From: an uncultured Flavobacteriaceae bacterium
Lineage (GTDB): Bacteria > Bacteroidota > Bacteroidia > Flavobacteriales > Flavobacteriaceae
Direction of reading: 5' to 3'
Assembly (NCBI GenBank): GCA_947503005.1
Contig: CANNCA010000004.1
Coordinates: 144,324-208,323 of the forward strand
Length of the DNA: 64,000 nt
Numbering within the stretch: position 1 is the stretch's first letter; the number at the start of each line of letters is the position of its first letter. A program made the position numbers and the translations under genes. Of the stretch, positions 16,752 through 25,618 are shown piece after piece. The notes below the pieces were generated by a model, which saw only the letters and a list, made by a program, of their open reading frames with translations, did no database searches and was not told the DNA's origin.

Positions 16752-19070
16752 TTAGTACATCAGTTTCAACGGAAGATTTTCTTGAACGACCAAATCTCCT
16801 GAATTTTTCAATGCATTATCGGCATGCGAATTGTTTTTTGCCCCCCACAAACGAGCCACCATTTTTACACGATTGTTTGCAAAAGTGTTGCCGGAAATAT
16901 CAACATTGATAATACCATAGGTATTGAGTAAAATACCGTTTTCTTCCCTAGCACCACAATTGGTAAACGTACTGTTGGTTACGATGAGATTTCCACCGAC
17001 CGTAGATTCGTCGTAACCACCTCTATAGTAGTTAATGGTATTCTTTTCAACGCCATCAAATCGACAGTTGTCGATAAATACATTTTCCGCATTGTAATCA
17101 CCGCGGTCATCATCTTCTGCGGCCAATTCAATTCCGTTTGCGCAGTTTTGAATGCGCGTAGACTTGAATTTGACATATTCCGAAAAAGAGTGTTTATACC
17201 CTTTCAACACATAGTCAAAGTTTGATATTTCAGAATTATTGACTTCTAAATTGTAAAGACTTGACATGTGCTCTTTCAAGCTGGCGAAGGCGTAATTTTC
17301 TCCGTTTCCTTCAAGTGCCAGCGATATCAAACTAAGCTCGCCCTTTGGATTCATTTCAAACGCAGGCGTTTTGGCCTCACCACTAAACGTAATGAGAGCT
17401 TTCTTTCCGTCAACAGCAGAACGTATGCTAAGTTTTTTATTAATCCTAAGTGATGATTTCAAGTCATATCGGTCGCTTGTCAAGCGTATCGTATCACCAC
17501 TGTTAGCTTCCTCAACTACCTTACGCAATTCACTTACGGAAGCTGCTGAATGCGTTTTTGCCTCGTTTTTCGTTTCACTGAAATCGTACCAATCCGGACC
17601 GTATTGTGACAGGTCCATAAGGTTTGGCTTATCGCCTTTGACACCTGAGATAGCTCCGACCTTATTATTATTCTCTCGTGAATTACCGAATAAATCTTCT
17701 GTAATCTGGTCAAACTCAAAACCGTTGTAGAGAGCAACATCCGGCAGGTCATTGGTTGGGATAAAAATGTCTTCCTCAAGTTTAGCAATTGAGAAATCCT
17801 CTTGCTTAAAGACGGAATCATGTTTGAACGAGACGCCTTGATTGTTTATCAAATTACTTTTAAACGAAATGCCATCCAATGAATCATGGGCTACAATGGG
17901 ATGCTTATCCGCCTTCACGTTGTAAATAAGATTGTTCGCAACAATAGTACGGATAGGTCTTTCAGATCGGATTTCTGAAGCAGGCAACACATCCTTTTGG
18001 TCTACGTTTGATCCCACTCCAAATTGCAAGGGGGAAGTACAATTGACCCAAAAGTTATGCGCCACTACAACATCTGTAACTTGTATATATCGATTGAGCG
18101 GCGATTTGGGAATACCGTTCATTACGGCAAGCGGACTTCTAAAAACCTTTCCTTTTAGGTTATAGAAATAGTTGTTTGTTACCCAATGACCTGTACCTAT
18201 CAACCGTACACCCCCAATTTGTTCTGAATTTGTATCTCCGATGAAATAATTCCCATCTACGATACAATAGTTTCCGTGTCTTGTTACTAAGGAACCCTCG
18301 CTCTTGTAAAAGACATTATTTCGAAACTCATTGAAATTCGTTTTGCTTGAAATAACTTCTACTTCCCCATTACATCGATCAAAAAAATTATTTGCCACTA
18401 GGGTGTAGCTGGGCGCCATTGAAGTAAAACTATTCCCGATTTGGATGGTCTCGGCACTAGGTCCTCCTTTGGGAGGCCTCGACCCAAAATAGTTATTCGT
18501 AATCTTATGGTAATTTTTGATGCTTTTATTTCCGGCTAGGTCAACCCGAATGGTGGGACCTCTATTTGATTTACCCGCTATGTAACATTGATTAAGCTCG
18601 TTATAGCGCCCTTTAAACTGTATCCATAAATCAGTCTCGTTTCTTTGTGGCTTGTTGTAGTCTAGAATTACACTGTTGGTGACCTTGGAATGGTTGGCGA
18701 CCGTATCTTGATTAATAGCAAACTCGATTACAGCTCGCGTAGGAGATGCCCCATCCGTAAAGTATAACCCGTTAACTACCAGGTATTCACCTCCAAGTTT
18801 TATATCGGATTTTCCTTTTATAATTACCTTGCCAGGAGTTTCCGCACGTAAGGTAATGGGTTGATTTTCATTTCCATACCCGACAAATCGAATTTGTACG
18901 TCATTCCAATCTCCATTGGCCATGACGATATCATCTCCAGGACTTGCTTTCTCTATCGCTTCGGATAATTCAGTGCTATCTTTTACATAGATTTCATTTG
19001 AAATGGAATTTTCAGCACAAGAAAATAGCAGGAGCACTATGCAGACTAATAATAGATGTTTTTTTATCAT
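16752..19070 (-). CDS. PL6-family alginate lyase (two-domain, right-handed beta-helix)
   Basis: 772 aa with a lipoprotein-like signal (LLFSCAEN). PL6-type blocks are present: SPGDDIVMANGDWNDVQIRF, AETIQIGNS, and NFFDRCNGEVEVISSKTNFNEFRNNVFYKSEGSLVTRHGNYCIVDGNYFIG. A second beta-helix-like C-terminal half follows. Confidence 0.8.
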   Translation of the reverse strand: MIKKHLLLVCIVLLLFSCAENSISNEIYVKDSTELSEAIEKASPGDDIVMANGDWNDVQIRFVGYGNENQPITLRAETPGKVIIKGKSDIKLGGEYLVVNGLYFTDGASPTRAVIEFAINQDTVANHSKVTNSVILDYNKPQRNETDLWIQFKGRYNELNQCYIAGKSNRGPTIRVDLAGNKSIKNYHKITNNYFGSRPPKGGPSAETIQIGNSFTSMAPSYTLVANNFFDRCNGEVEVISSKTNFNEFRNNVFYKSEGSLVTRHGNYCIVDGNYFIGDTNSEQIGGVRLIGTGHWVTNNYFYNLKGKVFRSPLAVMNGIPKSPLNRYIQVTDVVVAHNFWVNCTSPLQFGVGSNVDQKDVLPASEIRSERPIRTIVANNLIYNVKADKHPIVAHDSLDGISFKSNLINNQGVSFKHDSVFKQEDFSIAKLEEDIFIPTNDLPDVALYNGFEFDQITEDLFGNSRENNNKVGAISGVKGDKPNLMDLSQYGPDWYDFSETKNEAKTHSAASVSELRKVVEEANSGDTIRLTSDRYDLKSSLRINKKLSIRSAVDGKKALITFSGEAKTPAFEMNPKGELSLISLALEGNGENYAFASLKEHMSSLYNLEVNNSEISNFDYVLKGYKHSFSEYVKFKSTRIQNCANGIELAAEDDDRGDYNAENVFIDNCRFDGVEKNTINYYRGGYDESTVGGNLIVTNSTFTNCGAREENGILLNTYGIINVDISGNTFANNRVKMVARLWGAKNNSHADNALKNSGDLVVQENLPLKLMY

Positions 19071-19119
19071 TTTGTTTTTTATAGCGAAATAATAGAAACG
19101 GATATTTTATTCAATAAAT

Positions 19120-19158
19120 TGGTTAACCAGTTTGGTTTACCAAAAATACATATATTTG
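19120..19158. promoter_or_regulatory. Divergent promoter region: double-box operator flanked by a minus-strand -7 box (TATTTTTG) and a plus-strand -7 box (TATATTTG)
   Basis: TGGTTAACCA lies at 19120-19129 and TGGTTTACCA at 19133-19142. CAAAAATA at 19141-19148 is the minus-strand -7 box. TATATTTG at 19151-19158 is the plus-strand -7 box. A TTTG at 19131-19134 inside the operator could serve as the plus-strand -33 element. Confidence 0.6.
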
Positions 19159-19217
19159 TAAGACACACAAGTTTTTAACACAATTTCTACTGACAAAACA
19201 TAAAACCGCATTCGATT

Positions 19218-20183
19218 ATGAAAAATGAGAAAAAGAAGCTAACAAGAAGAGACTTCACAAAGTTATCGGCAGCTGCACTAGGTAGTGTTCCACTAATGGG
19301 GTTTAGCAATTCTCTTCTACAACCGATGTCACAACCGAAAGAAGGCATCCAGGTAAATCTGTTCTCTAAACATTTGCAATTCCTTGGTTATAATGAGATG
19401 TCAGAGGCGGCGGCAGAAATTGGGTTTGATGGCCTTGACCTGACCGTAAGGCCCAAGGGTCATGTTTTGCCGGAACGCGCTGTTGAAGATTTACCGAAGG
19501 CGGTTGCCGCAATGAAGAAATACGGTCTATTAACAACAATGATGACCACTAATATTATCGACGCGAACGATCCTCAAAGCAAACAGGTTCTTGAAACGGC
19601 AAGCGGATTAGGATTAACGCATTACCGTACGGGTTGGTTGACTTATCCTGAGGAAAAAACAATTCCTGAAAGTATCGAAGACCATGCCCAAAAATTAGCA
19701 GCTTTGGAAACACTGAACAAAAGACTAGGATTATACGGCGGATATCAAAATCATGCAGGAAATCATGTGGGTGCCCCAATTTGGGATATTCCACAAATTT
19801 TAAAAAACACATCTTCCCTTCACATGGGATGTCAATATGATATACGACATGCGATGGTTGAGGGAGGTGGTAGTTGGCAACTTGGTCTTCGCCTAGTTCA
19901 TTCCTATATCAACAGTATAGATATCAAAGATTTTAAGTGGGGACAAAAAGATGGAAGATGGCAACCGATAAACGTCCCGTTGGGAGAAGGTATGGTCGAT
20001 TTCGATTTATATTTTAAATTGCTTAAAAAATATAATATCAATGTGCCGGTATCACTGCACTTGGAATATGATTTGGGAGGAGCAGAACATGGTGATTCCA
20101 AAATCACGATTGATAAAAAAGAGGTTTTTGCACAAATGAAAAAGGACTTGTCCTTTTTAAGAAAAGCGTGGCAAGAAGCGTAA
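19218..20183 (+). CDS. Tat-exported xylose-isomerase-like TIM-barrel protein (annotated class: sugar phosphate isomerase/epimerase)
   Basis: 321 aa. It has a twin-arginine signal (LTRRDFTKLSAAALGS). The remainder resembles AP_endonuc_2 / xylose-isomerase-like TIM barrels (...GFDGLDLTVRP..., ...YQNHAG..., ...LHLEYD...). Confidence 0.7.
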   Translation: MKNEKKKLTRRDFTKLSAAALGSVPLMGFSNSLLQPMSQPKEGIQVNLFSKHLQFLGYNEMSEAAAEIGFDGLDLTVRPKGHVLPERAVEDLPKAVAAMKKYGLLTTMMTTNIIDANDPQSKQVLETASGLGLTHYRTGWLTYPEEKTIPESIEDHAQKLAALETLNKRLGLYGGYQNHAGNHVGAPIWDIPQILKNTSSLHMGCQYDIRHAMVEGGGSWQLGLRLVHSYINSIDIKDFKWGQKDGRWQPINVPLGEGMVDFDLYFKLLKKYNINVPVSLHLEYDLGGAEHGDSKITIDKKEVFAQMKKDLSFLRKAWQEA

Positions 20184-20211
20184 TAATTTTAATCAATATG
20201 GCAAGGATATC

Positions 20212-20931
20212 ATGACCGAATTATCAAAATCTACAAAAGAAAAATTAAAAAAAGTAAGTACGGCGACCATCGCCACCTGTCTTTTTAAACGAGGTTTGAA
20301 GCATCAATTTATACAAGATGTAAAACCCTTAAAATTAGGCAAACCAACTATGGTCGGTGAAGCCTATACCTTGCGCTATATTCCCGCACGTGAGGATTTG
20401 AATCCCATTACAGTTTTTAAAGACCCGAAACATTTACAACGAGTTGCCGTTGAGAAATGTCCCGAAGGGGCAGTCTTAGTCATCGATAGTCGGAAAGATG
20501 CAAGAGCAGCTTCAGCAGGTTCTATTTTAGCTACAAGATTAATGGTTAGAGGTGTGGCCGGAATTGTAACCGATGGTGGCTTCCGAGATTCTGCGGAAAT
20601 AGCTGATTTAAATATGCAATCATACCATAATAGGCCATCGGCTCCCACGAATTTGACTTTACATCAAGCTATCGCTATTAATGAACCAATAGGATGTGGC
20701 GATGTTGCAGTTTTTCCGGGAGATATTATTGTTGGAGATGACGATGGGATTATGGTTATTCCATCGAAAATTGCAGATGAGGTAGCAGATGAATGTTTAC
20801 AAATGACCTTGTTCGAAGAATTTGTGATGGAACAGGTTCAAGATGGACAAGAGATTATTGGGCTTTATCCGCTAACTGATGAAAAGATTCGCTTGGAGTT
20901 TGAAGATTGGACGAAAAATCGGGTAGGCTAA
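20212..20931 (+). CDS. RraA-like protein / class II 4-hydroxy-2-oxoacid aldolase family
   Basis: 239 aa with no signal peptide. It has the RraA/HMG-CHA-aldolase-type core (GSILATRLMVRGVAGIVTDGGFRD ... GDIIVGDDDGIMVIP). Confidence 0.7.
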   Translation: MTELSKSTKEKLKKVSTATIATCLFKRGLKHQFIQDVKPLKLGKPTMVGEAYTLRYIPAREDLNPITVFKDPKHLQRVAVEKCPEGAVLVIDSRKDARAASAGSILATRLMVRGVAGIVTDGGFRDSAEIADLNMQSYHNRPSAPTNLTLHQAIAINEPIGCGDVAVFPGDIIVGDDDGIMVIPSKIADEVADECLQMTLFEEFVMEQVQDGQEIIGLYPLTDEKIRLEFEDWTKNRVG

Positions 20932-21010
20932 GGTCATTTCTTGGTGGAACTCGCCAAACTCCTTAAAAAAGACTAATTTGTTGAGCGTTAAAAATGAAGA
21001 ACCGCGCTCT

Positions 21011-22816
21011 ATGTCTAAACTGGGAATACTTTACCATTTTGATTTACCTGGAGCAATAAAAGCAAAAAATCTCCCTGCCATATTATTTTGCGCTTGGCTC
21101 TTGATGATTTTTGCTAGTTGTAACTCAAAGGACGGAAAAAGTAAGGAGCACAATATCACCAAAGCTAACAAATATGATACAGCTGAACTTACTATCCAAA
21201 GGGGCATGGAACTCTTCAATCAGCATTGTGCCAGTTGCCACAATTTCAATGAGAATGCAATCGGCCCAAATCTAGCGGGGGTGACCTCACATGTTTCCAA
21301 AGATTGGCTGGTAAGTTTTATTAAAAACTCGAAACAAAGTATTGAAAGTGGAGACGAAAGGGCGGTAGCACTTTATAAGAAATATAATGTTTATATGCCC
21401 GCTTTTGAAATGCTGCGAAAGAAAGAATTAGAAGATATTTTAGGGTTTATACATAAAATCTCTGAAGCAGAAAAGCGGAGCAAAAACAATAGGCCTGGAG
21501 GGATTCTAAATCCGATACCGGACAAAATCCCCGATTCCGACTTGACGCTTGTCATTGAAGAGTTCTTGACGGTTCCTCCGAGTTCTGAGACTGCTCCTAA
21601 GGCCCGTATAAATAAACTTTCCGCAGTAAAGACACCAAATGGTGAACGTTTGTTCATAGCTGACCTGCGTGGAAAATTATACGAAGTCATCGATACTACT
21701 ACGCACACGTTTTTAGACCTTAAAGTGGAAATATCCAATTTTATTGATAACCCAGGTTGGGGTACGGGATTGGGCAGTTTTGACTTTCATCCTGAATTCG
21801 ATACAAACGGACTTCTTTATACTACCCATACGGAGCCATCAAGAACTTCGATTGCAGATTTTGAAATCCATGACAGCATTCCCACAATGTTGCAATGGGT
21901 ATTGACCGAATGGCAAATGGACGAAGCATCCTCGCTGAAATTCTCAGGACAAAAAAGGGAAATTCTTCGTGCAGACATGGTACGTGGTTCTCACGGTTTT
22001 CAAGAAGTCACTTTCAATCCAACGGCGAAAAAGGGTGATTCAGATTATGGACTTCTGTATTTATGCATAGGAGATGGTGGCGGTACCCTCAGAGGCTATT
22101 CTTTTCTTTGTGGTAGTCCTGAAAAAATATGGGGAAGTATCATTCGAATTGACCCTTCTGGCAGCAATAGTGTGAACGGTCAATATGGCATTCCTGCGGA
22201 TAACCCTTTCGTCAATGACCCGGATAAACTTGGCGAGATCTGGAGCTACGGGTTTAGAAATCCACATCGAATTTCTTGGGGTGAAAATGGTTCGAAAAAA
22301 ATGCTTGCTACAAATATTGGGCAACACAGTTTAGAAGAAGTTAATCTTGTAAAAAAGGGAGCGAATTATGGTTGGCCGAAGCGGGAGGGTACATTTTTAT
22401 ACGATGTAGATGCGAATACCGAGATTGTCTATCCTTTACCCGAAGATGATTCGGGGTTTGCCTATCCGGTTATTCAATTTGACCATGATGAAGGTAATGC
22501 CGTTTCAGGTGGATACGTATATGCAGGCAATAGAATTCCGCTACTTCAGGATAAATATATTTTTGGGGATATTCCTAGAGGAACCCTTTTCTTTTCAGAG
22601 ATATCAGAAATAGTTGATGGAAAACAAGCTCCCATTTTTAAAATAGGTTTGATGTTAAATGGAAAGTCGACGACTTTTGCCGAAATAGCAGGCGACCAGC
22701 GAGTTGACCTGCGTTTCGGGAAAAACGGATCCGGAGAACTGTTCATTTTTACTAAGAGCAACGGAAAAGTTTACAAAGTAATCGATTGTAAAAAACTGTT
22801 CAAGCCTTCTAAATAA
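21011..22816 (+). CDS. Cytochrome c domain fused to a PQQ-dependent (soluble glucose/sorbosone-type) sugar dehydrogenase, lipoprotein
   Basis: It has a lipobox (LLMIFASCNSKDG) and a haem c motif (CASCHNF). GSDH-type beta-propeller blocks are present: FHPEFDTNGLLY, LCIGDGGG, GSIIRIDPSG, IPADNPF, YGFRNPHRISW, GANYGWP. The ORF opens at a TTG at 20978. The ATG at 21011 was chosen, so the start is uncertain. Confidence 0.8.
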   Translation: MSKLGILYHFDLPGAIKAKNLPAILFCAWLLMIFASCNSKDGKSKEHNITKANKYDTAELTIQRGMELFNQHCASCHNFNENAIGPNLAGVTSHVSKDWLVSFIKNSKQSIESGDERAVALYKKYNVYMPAFEMLRKKELEDILGFIHKISEAEKRSKNNRPGGILNPIPDKIPDSDLTLVIEEFLTVPPSSETAPKARINKLSAVKTPNGERLFIADLRGKLYEVIDTTTHTFLDLKVEISNFIDNPGWGTGLGSFDFHPEFDTNGLLYTTHTEPSRTSIADFEIHDSIPTMLQWVLTEWQMDEASSLKFSGQKREILRADMVRGSHGFQEVTFNPTAKKGDSDYGLLYLCIGDGGGTLRGYSFLCGSPEKIWGSIIRIDPSGSNSVNGQYGIPADNPFVNDPDKLGEIWSYGFRNPHRISWGENGSKKMLATNIGQHSLEEVNLVKKGANYGWPKREGTFLYDVDANTEIVYPLPEDDSGFAYPVIQFDHDEGNAVSGGYVYAGNRIPLLQDKYIFGDIPRGTLFFSEISEIVDGKQAPIFKIGLMLNGKSTTFAEIAGDQRVDLRFGKNGSGELFIFTKSNGKVYKVIDCKKLFKPSK

Positions 22817-22869
22817 TTATCTCTTCTTTTACTGCAGCCCAAACCATAGCGTTTTTCTATATTTGCCAG

Positions 22870-23502
22870 ATGGTAAGAGAGGAAGTTTTGGCATTGGTGG
22901 ATAAAGGTTTGTGGCTTCCCCTTATGGAAGAATTCTACACCATTCAGGGTGAAGGTTTCCACAAAGGAACCGCCGCTTATTTTGTTCGGATCGGTGGCTG
23001 TGATGTGGGCTGCCACTGGTGTGATGTCAAAGAAAGTTGGAATGCGGATTTACACCCTCCATCGTCCATTGAACAAATTGTTACCAATGCGGCAAAATAC
23101 TCTGATACCATCGTGGTTACAGGGGGAGAGCCATTGACTTGGAACATGGCCCCACTTACGGAAGCACTGAAAGCGAAAAACCTTCAAACCCATATTGAAA
23201 CTTCAGGGGCCTACGAGTTAACAGGTACTTGGGACTGGATTTGCCTTTCCCCTAAAAAGAGCAAACTACCTTTCGGAAAAATATATGATAGGGCCCATGA
23301 GCTCAAAGTAATTGTATATAATAAACATGACCTTATTTTTGCAGAGGAGCAGGCCGCTCTGGTAAACGATGACTGCATTTTGTACCTGCAGCCCGAATGG
23401 AGCGTACGCGAAAAAGTGACACCGCTAATTGTAGATTATGTAATGAATAATCCGAAATGGAAGGTTTCTTTACAGACCCACAAGTATTTGAACATACCTT
23501 GA
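22870..23502 (+). CDS. queE: 7-carboxy-7-deazaguanine synthase (radical SAM, queuosine biosynthesis)
   Basis: 210 aa. Motifs: LPLMEEFYTIQGEG, the radical-SAM cluster motif CDVGCHWCD, and VVTGGEPL. Confidence 0.85.
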   Translation: MVREEVLALVDKGLWLPLMEEFYTIQGEGFHKGTAAYFVRIGGCDVGCHWCDVKESWNADLHPPSSIEQIVTNAAKYSDTIVVTGGEPLTWNMAPLTEALKAKNLQTHIETSGAYELTGTWDWICLSPKKSKLPFGKIYDRAHELKVIVYNKHDLIFAEEQAALVNDDCILYLQPEWSVREKVTPLIVDYVMNNPKWKVSLQTHKYLNIP

Positions 23503-23514
23503 TTACCTCAAGGT
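23496..23514. terminator. Small hairpin between convergent genes
   Basis: accttga (23496-23502, overlapping the queE stop), loop ttacc, tcaaggt (23508-23514). This is a perfect 7-bp stem. Confidence 0.35.
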
Positions 23515-23526
23515 AAACCTTTGTTG

Positions 23527-23904
23527 TTATTTGTGATATTCGACTTTGATTTTTCTCCAATAGTCCATGAACATCCATTTCATTCCGATATAAGGAATGT
23601 TGTTGAGAAGGCGATTGAAGCGTGTTCTTTTCTTTAATTTCTGACTGATTGCGTTAATCAGCCATTCTTCTTGAAAACCAGTCCAAACACCGGCGACGCT
23701 CAATAAATTTGTAAAAAGCACAGGAAATACTTCCTCTTTGTTGATTCGTTTTACCTCTTTGAAAGAGAAGGGACTTTCTTTTATTTTTGCAGCAATCGAG
23801 GCAAAGTCTTTACCCTCTAATTCCGTATCCAAATACATTTCAGAAAGGGCGATCCATATTGGTTTTTGGTGCGAAATAGTCATTGTTGTCAACTTGGAAT
23901 TCAC
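23527..23904 (-). CDS. Hypothetical protein
   Basis: 125-aa ORF in a gap with no competing ORF, co-directional with the downstream metalloprotease gene. I recognised no family motif. Confidence 0.45.
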   Translation of the reverse strand: MNSKLTTMTISHQKPIWIALSEMYLDTELEGKDFASIAAKIKESPFSFKEVKRINKEEVFPVLFTNLLSVAGVWTGFQEEWLINAISQKLKKRTRFNRLLNNIPYIGMKWMFMDYWRKIKVEYHK

Positions 23905-23916
23905 CTTTCCACACTC

Positions 23917-24789
23917 TTATCTGCCTCCGTTAGCTTGTAGGTCAAGGATACATTCTGAATCCAAATCTGGGGCAATGCTTTGACCTTTTGCCATACTAAG
24001 TTCCAGCATTTTTAAAACGCTTTGCCCATTAAGCGAACAGGCCGATTTCAATTCATTTGTTTCAACGTTTTTTGCCGTCTTTGAGGTAGGTACTCTTGAA
24101 GGGTTAAATTGCAATTCGGCCCTCATTAAGCAACCTGGTACAATGCAGTGACTTTCTGCTTCTGGATCTTCATGATCATTTACGGGTTCACTACCTAGGT
24201 TGACCAAGCCAAAAAGGTGTCCGAACTCATGATTGATCGTGGCACTCTCAATATCGGCAACAGGTACAAAATTACTTAGAACTGAAAATCTTCTTATGGT
24301 TTCTTCATAGATGATCATTGTGGTATTGCGGTAAACAGCACCTAAGGTTACTAGGTCTTCATCTTCATTATCATCGTCCGAAGGGGCATCGGCGAAGTAA
24401 ATATATACCCCCAAAGTTTCCCCATCATTGTAAACAGTTCTGTTATCCGACTCAAGTTGAGCTATTTCTTGAAGGCTAAGTGTTTCTTCCTCCGGGGAAT
24501 CTAACTCGCTGTAAATTAACTCAATGTTTTGCTTGAAAGTATGTTTTCTAAGGTATTCTACAAAATCGTTCATTGCCGCCGTAGTTGGTCTGAAACCGGT
24601 TACATAGGCAATTTCAATTTTCATTTTGGTGAAATTATCGTTCGAAAGGATATCATTGGCCGAATCGCCAGTAGCCTGTAAGTTTGCTGTTTTGTCAATG
24701 GAAGTAGGACTCTCAACCGAATTCTTAGAGCATCCTGTAAGAAAAAAAATGAAACAGCTTAAAACGAATAAAATCTTTGTTTTTCTCAT
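23917..24789 (-). CDS. Zinc metalloprotease-like lipoprotein (HExxH zincin)
   Basis: 290 aa with lipobox (FFLTGCSKN). It has the zincin motif HEFGHLFGL followed by ...HED..., and conserved Cys residues. Confidence 0.65.
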   Translation of the reverse strand: MRKTKILFVLSCFIFFLTGCSKNSVESPTSIDKTANLQATGDSANDILSNDNFTKMKIEIAYVTGFRPTTAAMNDFVEYLRKHTFKQNIELIYSELDSPEEETLSLQEIAQLESDNRTVYNDGETLGVYIYFADAPSDDDNEDEDLVTLGAVYRNTTMIIYEETIRRFSVLSNFVPVADIESATINHEFGHLFGLVNLGSEPVNDHEDPEAESHCIVPGCLMRAELQFNPSRVPTSKTAKNVETNELKSACSLNGQSVLKMLELSMAKGQSIAPDLDSECILDLQANGGR

Positions 24790-24839
24790 TTTCTGAATAA
24801 TGGCCTAACAAGATAACGCAAAAAATAGGCCATCTAGTG

Positions 24840-25559
24840 TTATTTCGATGTAATTCTTGCTAAATAGTCGTAATGATCACCTTGACTTACAAGTTCACAG
24901 TTAAAATTGTGTTCAAGGGAGACCCCTTGTAAAGTATTGTAGTCGATATATAGCCAATCAAAAGGTGCGCCTTCTATTTTTTTGTATTCCATGCGAAATT
25001 TTACTTCCCCATAATAAGAACCGTCAAAAGGAAGCCAATGACCTCCGTCTGTTTCTGCATCGAACATATAGATGATATCGCTTGAGTCAAGAATAATTTG
25101 GCCGCCCATATTTAAAAGTGATTTAAGGTGTTTAAATAAAATATTCAGGCCCTTAAGAGATCCTGCAATTCCTATTCCGTTCATTAGTAAAAGTAACGTG
25201 TCATAACGATGGTCTTTAAAATCTGTTATTTTAGAATGTACATAATTTTTCACTCCCCTAAGTTGACAGGTTCGTATCGCACCTTCGGAAGAATCAAGTG
25301 CTGTAACACGCATTCCTTTGTTTTGAAGGTAGAGGCTATGACTTCCGCCGCCACAACCAATATCAAGTACTTTTCCATGGCACAGCTTCAGTGCCTCTTT
25401 TTCCAAATAAGGCATTTTTTCGAATGTCCTGAAGAGATAGGGTAGTGGTAAAATATCTTTTTCTTCTTCCAATGAATTTTTTATGGTCAAATAGGTCTTG
25501 ATATCTTCCGTATAGTTTTCAGCCTGATAATCCAGTAAAGCTTCCCCTAAAACATCCAT
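24840..25559 (-). CDS. Class I SAM-dependent methyltransferase
   Basis: 239 aa with SAM-binding motif I (VLDIGCGGGSHSLYL) and an acidic post-I residue (ALDSS). Confidence 0.8.
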   Translation of the reverse strand: MDVLGEALLDYQAENYTEDIKTYLTIKNSLEEEKDILPLPYLFRTFEKMPYLEKEALKLCHGKVLDIGCGGGSHSLYLQNKGMRVTALDSSEGAIRTCQLRGVKNYVHSKITDFKDHRYDTLLLLMNGIGIAGSLKGLNILFKHLKSLLNMGGQIILDSSDIIYMFDAETDGGHWLPFDGSYYGEVKFRMEYKKIEGAPFDWLYIDYNTLQGVSLEHNFNCELVSQGDHYDYLARITSK

Positions 25560-25618
25560 TGTGATATAATTTGTACTTTGTGTGCAAATGTGGCACTTTT
25601 ACCCTTACTTCTAAAACT

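Noticed and set aside
17371-17730. 119-aa plus-strand ORF, along with other short ORFs at 16979-18165
   Set aside because: They are embedded in or antisense to the PL6 lyase gene, which has strong family motifs.
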